From: an uncultured Muribaculaceae bacterium
Lineage (GTDB): Bacteria; Bacillota_I; Bacilli_A; RF39; UBA660
Reading direction: 5' to 3'
Length of the DNA: 64,000 bases
Assembly (NCBI GenBank): GCA_964370475.1
Contig: CAYJJI010000001.1
Span: forward strand, 50,363-114,362
Shown one piece after another: positions 19,687-29,346 of this stretch. The notes beneath the pieces are model-generated. The model searched no databases, was not told the DNA's origin, and saw only the letters and a list, made by a program, of their open reading frames with translations. Both the position numbers and the translations under genes were made by a program. Each line of letters opens with the position of its first letter. The stretch's first letter is position 1.

Positions 19687-19931
19687 TTATTATTCAAATA
19701 CTCCTTTAAAATAGTAGCTATTAATTCTGACCTATCAATACTAGTTATATTTTTTCTAGCACTCTTAAAACTAGAAATAAATCCAGGATCACCACTCATC
19801 ATATAACCAACAATTTGATTAATAGAGTCGTAACCTTTCTCTTCCAGTGCTAAAATAACATCATCTATTATTTTTTCAACATTCTTAGATTTTAACGCAT
19901 CAACATCAAAAAGTATTGTTTCATCATTCAT
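19683..19931 (-). CDS. UPF0297 protein (YrzL/IreB-like)
   Basis: 82 aa containing ALEEKGYDSINQIVGYMMSGDPGFISS. Canonical position upstream of ruvX. Confidence 0.55.
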   Translation of the reverse strand: MNDETILFDVDALKSKNVEKIIDDVILALEEKGYDSINQIVGYMMSGDPGFISSFKSARKNITSIDRSELIATILKEYLNNK

Positions 19932-19967
19932 ATAATACCTCCAAATTTACTATATTTTACCATTTTA

Positions 19968-20723
19968 TCAATAAATAAACAAGTTATTTAAAACTTCCAT
20001 TATTTGATTTCCAAACATAAATGTAATATAAACAGCAGTAATTAAAAACGGTCCAAAAGGTACTTCAGACTCTAACTTAGTATGAATGAAATAAATAGCA
20101 AACGGTAAAGTCAATAAAGAACCAATTATAAGTGCCACAAAAGATAACTGAAATCCTAGTACAACCCCAAATAAGAAAGCTAACTTAACATCTCCAAAAC
20201 CTAAACTCTCTCTTTTAAATACTCTATCGCCAACAAACTTAATTAAATACATAACAAGAAATAATACCACTCCAACTAAAATACTAAATAAAAATTCTTC
20301 AACACCACTAAGGACTAACTTAGTAATTAAAATAGTAACAATCCCTAAAACTAAAGGAATATCCAATATATACAAATATTTGAAATCACTTACATAAGTA
20401 ATTACTAGTATAGAACTGATAACTAAATATATAATCAACCCTTCTAAGGAATTACTCATATAATAAGATAAACCAAATAAAAATCCAGTTAATAATTCAA
20501 TTAAAACATAACTAATAGACAATTTATACCCACACTTACTACATTTTCCTCTTAAAAAAACATAAGAAAAAACTGGTATTAGTTCATACCATGAAAGAGG
20601 CTTATCACACCCCTCACAATGACTACCAGGTTTAACAATTGATTCTCCTCTAGATAATCTATCACCAACTACGTGAAAGAAAGATCCAAAAAACAACCCA
20701 AAAATTCCAAATAAATAAACCAT
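19968..20723 (-). CDS. pilD: Prepilin peptidase (A24 family)
   Basis: 251 aa polytopic membrane protein. N-terminal Cys tetrad (CEGCDKPL...CSKCGYKL) and C-terminal peptidase domain. 9 nt downstream of the pilC-like gene. Confidence 0.7.
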   Translation of the reverse strand: MVYLFGIFGLFFGSFFHVVGDRLSRGESIVKPGSHCEGCDKPLSWYELIPVFSYVFLRGKCSKCGYKLSISYVLIELLTGFLFGLSYYMSNSLEGLIIYLVISSILVITYVSDFKYLYILDIPLVLGIVTILITKLVLSGVEEFLFSILVGVVLFLVMYLIKFVGDRVFKRESLGFGDVKLAFLFGVVLGFQLSFVALIIGSLLTLPFAIYFIHTKLESEVPFGPFLITAVYITFMFGNQIMEVLNNLFIY

Positions 20724-20732
20724 ATTATCCCC

Positions 20733-22262
20733 CTACATATTAATTGTACCATACATTCCATACATTGGCATTACAACCGCCATCAAAATAGCTCCAACAA
20801 CTACTGCCAAACCAGCAATCATAACCGGTTCTATAATAGCTTTAAAACTAGTAACTATCGACTTATGTTGTATTTGAAAATGCTCACTAACTTTTTCCAT
20901 CATTGAAGCAAGTTCTCCAGTCGATTCCCCAGTAACAATCATGAAATAAGCTGCACTAGGAATAGCCCAGTGATCTTTAAAAGTTTCAGATATCTTACCA
21001 CCAGTAGATATATTATTAATAGTTTCAAACATAATTTCTTTATAAACTTCATTAGAAGTTATCCTACTTAAAATATCCATACTATCAGTAATATAAACAC
21101 TATTCTTTAACAATGACGAAAACGTCTTAGTAAAAATAGTTATCTCATTAAATATTATTAAATCCTTAATTACAGGAATCTTCATTACCATTATTTGCAT
21201 TGCTTTTCTAAAAGCTTTAACTTTCTTATAAGAAAACACAAATACTAAAACAACTAAAATAGTAACAGCTATATATATTAAGTAATTAGCTTGCAAATTT
21301 TCCGATAAATTTAATACTAACAATGTAATCCCAGTAACAGGAGCACCCATTGATTCATAAATACCTTCAAACTCTGGCATTATAAATAACATTATAAATA
21401 TAACAATACCTACAGCAAATACACTTATTATCGCCGGATAAGTCATAGCACTAATCATATCTTTTTTAGTTTTATCAATCTCAGAATAATAATTAGCCAT
21501 ATCATCTAAAGTAGATTGTAAATCTCCAGTAGCTTCAGCTGCTTTTAACATATTAATTAATAAACTAGGAAACATTCCACCTTGCTTAGTTAAAGCATTA
21601 GAAAAACTCTCTCCCATAGTAAGTTCATAAACGATAGCATTAAAAATACTTTTTCTCGCAGTATCTTTACCAGTTTGTTGAGCTAAAATTCTCATAGAGT
21701 CAGTTAATGGTATACCACTTCTTACATAAGTAGATAATTGTGTTAACCAAAAAATTAAATCTTTACTTTTCATCTTACGAGGAAATAAACCACTTTCGCC
21801 ATAAACAAAATTAATCCAATCACTAGTTTCAATACTAAAAACTTCATAACCTTCATTAACTAAAAAAGTATTAACATCTAACTTAGACATCCCAGTAAAA
21901 TTATCAGTAACAAGTTTACCTTTATAATCAAGTGCAGTATATCTAAATATTGTTGGTTTAGTTAATCTCTTAGCATCTTCACCAGTTAACTCAGCATTAA
22001 GCTTAGCTTTCTTCTCTTCTAACTTAGCAAGTACTCTAGGACTAATTTTAGTCTTACGATCTACCACAGCTTCTTTTTTTTCAGTTTTTATTATGTTCTT
22101 AGTACCTTTATAAGTTTTATCAACTGCACTAGAAGAAACATAATATAATTTAGCTAAAGGAGAAAATAAAACTTTTAATCCTAGAAAAGCATATCTAAAT
22201 ATATCAAAAAAACTTAATATAAAATTAATTGGCATAAACAATACATTACTCTTCTTAGCCAT
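20733..22262 (-). CDS. pilC: Type IV pilus / type II secretion platform protein (GspF/PilC family) with ~120-aa N-terminal extension
   Basis: Two T2SSF-like repeats. Characteristic YTALDYKGKLVTDNFTGMSKLDVNTFLVNEGYEVFSIE N-domain. 509 aa. Confidence 0.7.
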   Translation of the reverse strand: MAKKSNVLFMPINFILSFFDIFRYAFLGLKVLFSPLAKLYYVSSSAVDKTYKGTKNIIKTEKKEAVVDRKTKISPRVLAKLEEKKAKLNAELTGEDAKRLTKPTIFRYTALDYKGKLVTDNFTGMSKLDVNTFLVNEGYEVFSIETSDWINFVYGESGLFPRKMKSKDLIFWLTQLSTYVRSGIPLTDSMRILAQQTGKDTARKSIFNAIVYELTMGESFSNALTKQGGMFPSLLINMLKAAEATGDLQSTLDDMANYYSEIDKTKKDMISAMTYPAIISVFAVGIVIFIMLFIMPEFEGIYESMGAPVTGITLLVLNLSENLQANYLIYIAVTILVVLVFVFSYKKVKAFRKAMQIMVMKIPVIKDLIIFNEITIFTKTFSSLLKNSVYITDSMDILSRITSNEVYKEIMFETINNISTGGKISETFKDHWAIPSAAYFMIVTGESTGELASMMEKVSEHFQIQHKSIVTSFKAIIEPVMIAGLAVVVGAILMAVVMPMYGMYGTINM

Positions 22263-22349
22263 AACAACACCTCACTATTTTAATTAATTATAACACAATA
22301 AAAAAACAATGTACATATCAGAAAAAATAAAAAGAAGATAAAATCTTCT

Positions 22350-24041
22350 TTATAAAATAATACTCATAACAGATCTAGTAGAAGTATATAAAGCAGCAGC
22401 TCCATCACCTACATAAAATGCCCAAATACCAGCATAAATATCATTACCAGCTCTTCCTCCTCTTACAAACCAAGGAGCCATTTTATATATAAAATAAGCA
22501 TAATCAGTATTCCAATTTGACATATTTACTGAAGTTGCATCAAGTTCTTTTATCCCATCTCCACTAATTGCCCTATGATAGTCAAGTTCATAAGTACCAT
22601 AAGTATATGAATCATAATACTTAGAAGCAGGAGCTACAGAAAAACCAGAACTCCAAGTATTGAAGTTTCCAAACTCATTTACCATATTAGCCATTACATA
22701 TTCCCATTTACCACCGGCCATATCATAAACACCAGTAACATTAGCTGTAGTACTAGCTTTAACTCCATTTGCTGTTGACCATCTATTTTCTAACGGACAT
22801 ATTTCTATACCACTTAAAGCAACACCAGTAGAAGTATCAACACCACCACAACCAGTAACAGATGCATACGACGTAGAATTGAAATAACTATTATTTTCTA
22901 CCTTTCCACCACAAGTTCCATCAGCACTACAAATACCATATTTTGATTGTGATAAATATGCTACTGCTCCCCATTCCATATTTTTTATAATGTGAACATC
23001 TGATTCTTCATCCAAACCATAAGTATCCATAGTATTATTAACATTATCATATAATACAGAAATAGATGCATTACTAAAAGAATTAATATTAGGTACTATT
23101 TTATTACCAACACCTTGTTCAAACTTACCTATCCAAAAACCAGGTAACTCCTCTTCTCCAAACGTAAAAGCAGGATGAGCAGAAGCAGAAATATCAACAA
23201 AAGTTAAATCAACAGCAGTATCAGCATCAAATACAGACTCCTCAACGTAAGAATATCTAGGAATCCATACATACATTTGTTCTATTTTATCAAGAGGTAT
23301 TTCCACTCCAATATATAAATTAGTATATGTCGGATCAACTATAACAGCATTCGCCCATTCACTATTTTCATAAGAATACCATTTTTTTTCTACATCAGCA
23401 ACAATAACACTACCATCATCATTAATAATTACAGGTAACATCTTAGAATCTAATATCGGATCAGCACCAGCTAAAATTTCATCATCATAAGGTAAAAATG
23501 TCGAATTAGCAACTACTGAAATTTTAGCATCAACAACCTTGTTAGCAGAATTACTCATAGTTGCAGAAGAATCAATCCACATTCTAAATTCATGCGTAAC
23601 TGACTCATTAGGTTCCAAAATATAATCATCAAAGCTATAAGCTTTAGCAGAAGAATTTATGGCATCCACTTCCTCATTACTACTAACTATAACCGGATCA
23701 TCATAATCCAGTGCTCCTTTAATTAAACTATGACTTAAAGTAGTTGTATTTAAAACTTCTAAATTAACTAAATAAGATGTGTTATTAGAACAAGTATTAG
23801 TAACAGTAAACACATAAGGAGTAGATCTCATTCCATCAATATCACTAATAGGATAAGCATTACTCAAATTTATCAGAGATTCAGAATCTTCTGAATAATT
23901 AATCGACAAACAACCGCTATTAACAATACCATCACCAGATTGTTGATTATCACTTACCCACAAAGCAAATGAAAAACTTATAGTCAAGACGCATACTAAC
24001 AGTACACCAATTACAAACAAAAATATCATTTTAACATTCAT
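22350..24041 (-). CDS. Secreted modular protein, paralog 3: signal peptide, module A, linker B, FGE/SUMF1-like domain
   Basis: Module A (SGCLSINYSEDSESLINLSNAYPISD...TNTCSNNTSYLVNLEVL...EFRMWIDSSATMSNSANK), linker (DPILDSKMLPVI..WYSYENSEWANAVIVD), FGE-like motifs (GVYDMAGGKWEYVMANM, PWFVRGG). AGGAT ribosome-binding site 8 nt upstream of the ATG. Confidence 0.6.
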   Translation of the reverse strand: MNVKMIFLFVIGVLLVCVLTISFSFALWVSDNQQSGDGIVNSGCLSINYSEDSESLINLSNAYPISDIDGMRSTPYVFTVTNTCSNNTSYLVNLEVLNTTTLSHSLIKGALDYDDPVIVSSNEEVDAINSSAKAYSFDDYILEPNESVTHEFRMWIDSSATMSNSANKVVDAKISVVANSTFLPYDDEILAGADPILDSKMLPVIINDDGSVIVADVEKKWYSYENSEWANAVIVDPTYTNLYIGVEIPLDKIEQMYVWIPRYSYVEESVFDADTAVDLTFVDISASAHPAFTFGEEELPGFWIGKFEQGVGNKIVPNINSFSNASISVLYDNVNNTMDTYGLDEESDVHIIKNMEWGAVAYLSQSKYGICSADGTCGGKVENNSYFNSTSYASVTGCGGVDTSTGVALSGIEICPLENRWSTANGVKASTTANVTGVYDMAGGKWEYVMANMVNEFGNFNTWSSGFSVAPASKYYDSYTYGTYELDYHRAISGDGIKELDATSVNMSNWNTDYAYFIYKMAPWFVRGGRAGNDIYAGIWAFYVGDGAAALYTSTRSVMSIIL

Positions 24042-24121
24042 TTTATCAATCCTATCTTATAAAAGAATACCATTTATTTTTATTTTTTTCAACAAAAACA
24101 TATAATATAATGAGGTGATTT

Positions 24122-24352
24122 ATGTTTCCATATCAAATTGCAAAAAGTGGTTTAACTTTATCAAAAGTTATTACTGGTATCTCCAAAAGCTTATCAATAG
24201 CTAATCAAGTAATACCTATTTACCAACAAAGCAAACCAGTAATTGACAAAGCAAAAGAAATGTTAAGTGGAATATCTAAAAAAGAACCACAAAAAAAAGA
24301 AATAATCAAAAATGATATTCCTTCTTCCAATAACAATCCAACATTTTTCTAA
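24122..24352 (+). CDS. Small ORF (76 aa), divergently oriented from paralog 3; uncertain
   Basis: GAGGTGA 4 nt before the ATG and a TATAAT-like box upstream. Its 3' end overlaps the convergent trmK stop by 4 nt. Confidence 0.3.
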   Translation: MFPYQIAKSGLTLSKVITGISKSLSIANQVIPIYQQSKPVIDKAKEMLSGISKKEPQKKEIIKNDIPSSNNNPTFF

Positions 24353-24978
24353 AATAAACTAGTAAAATAGTTTATTTTATTTTGAATTTCTACTATCTTA
24401 GAATCTCCATCAGGTAATTGAGTTAATATAAATTTATATTTACTAATTAAAAATTTATAATATTCGCTATAGTCATTATGAAAAACACCATATTCTAATT
24501 CATCATTAGTATTAACTTTAGAAGACTTAGTAAATAACATAACCTCATAATACTTGTCGTTTTCACAAACAACTTTAACCTCTTCTAAATAATATCCTAA
24601 CTTAGATATTCCTTTACGTAAAACAGATAATTCATTATTAGATTGTATAATCAATTTTTGAATATCTTTTAAATCTACATTTAAAATATTCAAAATAGTA
24701 CTAGTACCCATACCAGCTATAATAACTGTATTAAACAAATCCAATTCAATATTATTTAATCCGTCAGTTACTAATGTATCAATATCTAACCCTTTTGATG
24801 CAATATTATTAATTGCATAAGATAAAGCATTACTAGATATATCAGTAGCTAATACTTTGATTGATGGATACATCTCTTTAAGATAAATACTTAAATAACC
24901 ATGATCACTACCAACATCAATAACTTTATCTAATTCATTAACAAAACTAGCAATAGTTTTTAATCTTCTATGTCTCAT
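24349..24978 (-). CDS. trmK: tRNA (adenine22-N1)-methyltransferase TrmK (YqfN-like)
   Basis: [14 protein letters not shown] motif. Conserved position downstream of sigA. Confidence 0.6.
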   Translation of the reverse strand: MRHRRLKTIASFVNELDKVIDVGSDHGYLSIYLKEMYPSIKVLATDISSNALSYAINNIASKGLDIDTLVTDGLNNIELDLFNTVIIAGMGTSTILNILNVDLKDIQKLIIQSNNELSVLRKGISKLGYYLEEVKVVCENDKYYEVMLFTKSSKVNTNDELEYGVFHNDYSEYYKFLISKYKFILTQLPDGDSKIVEIQNKINYFTSLF

Positions 24979-26060
24979 CCTTCAGATAAAAAGTCCTTTA
25001 ATTTTTTAGCACGAGATGGATGTCTTAACTTTCTTAAAGCCTTAGCTTCTATTTGTCTAATTCTTTCTCTTGTAACATTAAATCTCTTACCAACTTCTTC
25101 TAAAGTATGACTCTTACCATCTATAAGACCAAATCTTAATTCTAAAACTTCTTGTTCTCTTTCTTGTAACGTCATTAATACAGATTTAATTTCTTCCTTT
25201 AATATCTCATTAGTAGCATACTCTTCTGGAGACATACTTCTCTCATCTTTAATAAAATCTCCTAAATGAGAATCATCTTCTTCACCTATTGGAGTTTCTA
25301 AAGAAACTGGATCTTGACTAATTTTAATTACCTCACGTACTTTTTCAGGAGCAATACCCATACGTTCAGCTATTTCTTCCTCTGATGGTTCCCTATTAAG
25401 TTCTAGAGTCATTTGTCTTTGAATTCTAGCCATTTTATTAATAGTTTCTACCATATGAACTGGCACACGAATAGTTCTAGCTTGATCAGCTAACGCTCTA
25501 GTAATAGCTTGTCTTATCCACCAAGTAGCATAAGTAGAAAACTTATACCCTTTATCATAATCAAACTTTTCAACAGCTTTCATTAACCCTATATTACCTT
25601 CTTGAATTAAATCAAGAAATAATAATCCACGCCCAACATAACGTTTAGCAATAGATACAACAAGACGTAAGTTAGATTCAGCTAAAATATTTTTAGCCAT
25701 TTCATCACCTTCAGCAACTCTTATTGATAATTCACTTTCTTCATCAGGAGACAACAAACTAACTTGCCCAATTTCCTTTAAATACATTCTAACAGGATCA
25801 TCAATATTAACATCTTTAGTTAAAGTTACTTCATCTAAAATAACAGGAGCAGCACCAGCAGCATCCTCTTCATCTTTATTAGATGCAACTACTTCGATAC
25901 CTTTATCAATAAAGAAATTATACAATCCATCTAAAGAATCACTATCTACATCCAAACCTTTTAAAGCATCTGCCAATTGTTCAAAGGTAATGAAACCTTG
26001 CTCTAAGCCTAACTTTTCTAATTCATTCTTTCTATCTTCTAAACTTTTAATTAATTTCAT
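24975..26060 (-). CDS. sigA: RNA polymerase primary sigma factor
   Basis: Regions 1.2-4.2. Rpo box [15 protein letters not shown]-terminal [29 protein letters not shown]. Confidence 0.9.
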   Translation of the reverse strand: MKLIKSLEDRKNELEKLGLEQGFITFEQLADALKGLDVDSDSLDGLYNFFIDKGIEVVASNKDEEDAAGAAPVILDEVTLTKDVNIDDPVRMYLKEIGQVSLLSPDEESELSIRVAEGDEMAKNILAESNLRLVVSIAKRYVGRGLLFLDLIQEGNIGLMKAVEKFDYDKGYKFSTYATWWIRQAITRALADQARTIRVPVHMVETINKMARIQRQMTLELNREPSEEEIAERMGIAPEKVREVIKISQDPVSLETPIGEEDDSHLGDFIKDERSMSPEEYATNEILKEEIKSVLMTLQEREQEVLELRFGLIDGKSHTLEEVGKRFNVTRERIRQIEAKALRKLRHPSRAKKLKDFLSEG

Positions 26061-26061
26061 C

Positions 26062-27777
26062 TTAATTCACACTTCCTTTTTTTAATTCAGCAATTCTTTT
26101 TGCCATTTCCATCTTTTTATTAACATCTAACTCAGATGTCATTTTTTCTCTTAAGTTCCTAATCTGTTCCTTGAAACTTCTTTTTAAATAAGTATCTAAA
26201 TATTGATTCATATTATAAAAAGATAAATCACTTTCAATTAACATACCCATTATTTCACTAATTATATCTCCCTTACCTTGATTACTCATATAAGTCATAA
26301 AATCTGCCATATTAATATCTCCATAAGTATCAACATAATATAATATTTCATTAACAATACTTCTAAGTTCAGGATTATCTAAAAATCCCAACTTCGTTTT
26401 AAACAATTCTATATATTTAACATCATTCATTAAATAATAAATTATTCTCCTACCAATATCATCCAAATTACTAGTTTTAATTACTTTTTTAACTACTTTC
26501 TTAGGTACAACTTTAGGTTCAACTACAACTCTACTTTTCAAGAGTTCCAAATTAATATCATAATCTTTAGCTAAATTATTAATCGTTAGTTCTCTCAAAA
26601 TAGGATCTTTAATATCTTTAGTAAGATCTATCACTTCATTAATATACTTAGCCAATTCTTTAGGATTATTCATATCATAGCTATCTTTTAAATAATTCAA
26701 TCTAAAATTATAAAAATTCACTGGCTCTTTAACTAAAGTTTTAAAACTTTCACTACCATTTTTAATAATATACTCATCAGCATCTTTAGTTCCACTCATT
26801 TTAATAACAGATACTTCTATCCCATTAGATTCAAGCAACTTACCATTATTTATTGTCGCTTGCAATCCAGCATTATCATTATCCATACAAAGGAGTACTT
26901 TAACCCTTAACTTTTTAATTAATTCAACATGTTCACTGGTCATCGCAGTACCCATTAATGCAACAACATTTAGTAAACCTATAGAATCAATTCTAATAGC
27001 ATCCATAAAACCTTCAACTATTATTAATTCATGAACTCTTTTAGAAGGAATAACAGCATGATGATAATTATATAATAAACTACTTTTATGAAATAATTTA
27101 TTTTCTTTACTATTTACATATTTAGCATTATCACTATCATCATATATTCTTCCACTAAATCCAACTACATTACCTTCACTATCCCATAAAGGAAACATAA
27201 TTCGATTTTGAAAAATATTGTATTCATAATTATTAATTAAACCTAGTTCTACTAAATCTTCATTTTTAAAACCTTTTTTTCCTAACAATTCTTTTAAAGA
27301 ACCACCAGAAGTTAATCCAATTTCAAACTTATTAATTATTTCATCACTAATTCCTCGATTTAATAAATACTTCTTCGCCAAAACTCCTTCAATAGATTTT
27401 AAATTATTATGATATAACTTATTAGTTATATCCATAATATCATACAAAACCTTGTTAACTTTTTCTCTAACCACAGTAGGAGCTATTGTAATATTGATTC
27501 CAGCATTTTGAGCAACCATCGAAACCGCTTCAGGCCACGAAACATTTTCAAAATTCTGAACGAAAGTAAAAACATTCCCTGAAGCTCCACAAGAAAAACA
27601 TTTGTAAATTTGCTTATCAACCGATACACTCATACTAGGAGCATGATCTTCATGAAACGGACAAACGCCAAAATAATTTTTTCCCTTAGGAGTTAACGGA
27701 ACATATTTACTAACAACATCAACAATACTAACTTTAGATCTAATTAAATTTAATTGTTCATCACTAATCAATGCCAT
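26062..27777 (-). CDS. dnaG: DNA primase
   Basis: Zinc ribbon [13 protein letters not shown]...[14 protein letters not shown] (EGFMD). Start refined to MALISDEQ (GAGGG 5 nt upstream); the ORF track start lies further upstream. Confidence 0.9.
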   Translation of the reverse strand: MALISDEQLNLIRSKVSIVDVVSKYVPLTPKGKNYFGVCPFHEDHAPSMSVSVDKQIYKCFSCGASGNVFTFVQNFENVSWPEAVSMVAQNAGINITIAPTVVREKVNKVLYDIMDITNKLYHNNLKSIEGVLAKKYLLNRGISDEIINKFEIGLTSGGSLKELLGKKGFKNEDLVELGLINNYEYNIFQNRIMFPLWDSEGNVVGFSGRIYDDSDNAKYVNSKENKLFHKSSLLYNYHHAVIPSKRVHELIIVEGFMDAIRIDSIGLLNVVALMGTAMTSEHVELIKKLRVKVLLCMDNDNAGLQATINNGKLLESNGIEVSVIKMSGTKDADEYIIKNGSESFKTLVKEPVNFYNFRLNYLKDSYDMNNPKELAKYINEVIDLTKDIKDPILRELTINNLAKDYDINLELLKSRVVVEPKVVPKKVVKKVIKTSNLDDIGRRIIYYLMNDVKYIELFKTKLGFLDNPELRSIVNEILYYVDTYGDINMADFMTYMSNQGKGDIISEIMGMLIESDLSFYNMNQYLDTYLKRSFKEQIRNLREKMTSELDVNKKMEMAKRIAELKKGSVN

Positions 27778-27854
27778 AAAATACCCTCTAACTATATATA
27801 TTATAGACAAAAGTCCAATTTCCTTTTTTTTCACGCAAAAAAATGCAAAAAAGT

Positions 27855-29174
27855 CTAAATTTTCTGCTTTTTTATCATTTTTCGCCCTAAAATAACTCCG
27901 AAAATCAAAAATAAATATAAAATTGTATAATCTTGACTCTTATAAGTATCAGGAATAACAACCAATTTCTCACTAATCAGCTTCTTTGATTTAACTAAGC
28001 CATCAGTTCTAACTTTAACTAAGTAATCATCAACTAAAGAAAAACCTTCATTACTAACATGTCTAATAATGTAATCACCATAACCAAGAATACAAACATC
28101 ACTTTCACTAAGTTCCATTCTACTTAATTCATTAAATTCATCATCAAGAATAGAAAAAATACTAACCGTATCAACTACATCATCATTATATTTATTTAAT
28201 GCAATTTCATTAGTAATAAATTTAATATCTAATTCAATTTCAGTATCAAGTCCATCAACAATCTCAAATTCCACAACTTCATCATTTCTTAAAAAACCTA
28301 TATCTCTTGATTTCTCTTTTATTATATAATCCCCTGGACTTAATAATATTTCAAAAACTTCATTACTATTAAAGTCCATAATCTTATTATTATTCTTATA
28401 TAAACTATAATCAATTCCATCACTACACTCTAAACAAATAACTTCATCTTTAACATAATTAATATTTAACTTCCCTACTAATAATGAAAAATTATATACA
28501 ATTTCTCTTTCATCTAATTTACCAGGAACATATATGTAATTATCTCCATTACTAAACATATTAGCTTCTTCAACATAATTGTTATAATTACTCTTTAATA
28601 TAATATCTTCTATATTAGTTTCTATTATTAGTTCATTATCATCAATAATCCCATTACTTGCATTAAAATTATTCAATACATTATTAGTATCAATTAAAAT
28701 ATTCTTTTCATTATATTCTAAAACATCACTATCAAATATAGGATTTAAAGAATCATTTAAAACTAGTTCTAACAATTCATTAATTTCATCTTCATACTTA
28801 ATAACAATATCACCACTACTATCAATGAAATTAACATCATAAAAATAATCCCATATCAAATACTGAGTAATAAAATACCACTTTTGAGCAGTATGATTTT
28901 CATAATTATATCCATAATACATTAACTTATTAATATATTCTACATCATCATAATCTTTAACATAATTATTAAAATACATATAATCATAATTACTACTATA
29001 TACAACTTGATCATCAATATATATAAACTTAACTTTTAAATCAATTCCCTCAACTCTTACATAAGACCCTCTTATCTCACTACCTATATCAACTTCTAAA
29101 GCACCACTTATAATTGAAAAACTAAAAAACATCATTAAAGTAAATAAACATTTAATCATTAAACCTCCTTTCAC
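27855..29174 (-). CDS. Hypothetical secreted protein with signal peptide and C-terminal TM anchor plus basic tail
   Basis: 439 aa, Y/N/D-rich, ending IPDTYKSQDYTILYLFLIFGVILGRKMIKKQKI. Confidence 0.4.
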   Translation of the reverse strand: MKGGLMIKCLFTLMMFFSFSIISGALEVDIGSEIRGSYVRVEGIDLKVKFIYIDDQVVYSSNYDYMYFNNYVKDYDDVEYINKLMYYGYNYENHTAQKWYFITQYLIWDYFYDVNFIDSSGDIVIKYEDEINELLELVLNDSLNPIFDSDVLEYNEKNILIDTNNVLNNFNASNGIIDDNELIIETNIEDIILKSNYNNYVEEANMFSNGDNYIYVPGKLDEREIVYNFSLLVGKLNINYVKDEVICLECSDGIDYSLYKNNNKIMDFNSNEVFEILLSPGDYIIKEKSRDIGFLRNDEVVEFEIVDGLDTEIELDIKFITNEIALNKYNDDVVDTVSIFSILDDEFNELSRMELSESDVCILGYGDYIIRHVSNEGFSLVDDYLVKVRTDGLVKSKKLISEKLVVIPDTYKSQDYTILYLFLIFGVILGRKMIKKQKI

Positions 29175-29211
29175 CTATATATATTAATTATTAATTAAAA
29201 ATTTCCTCCAA

Positions 29212-29238
29212 TAAAAAACTTGTTCTAAAGAACAAGTT
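29212..29238 (-). terminator. Rho-independent terminator of paralog 4 (acttgttct-aa-agaacaagt, T-run on minus strand)
   Basis: 9-bp perfect stem. The A6 on the plus side is the T-run for the minus-strand transcript. Confidence 0.55.
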
Positions 29239-29346
29239 AATCATTATATCTTAGATATTTATAACTCCAAAAAAGCATATTTATCTATAAAACTATAAGC
29301 CATACTTTTTATAACAAACACTATTTATCATTAATAAAGCATATAA

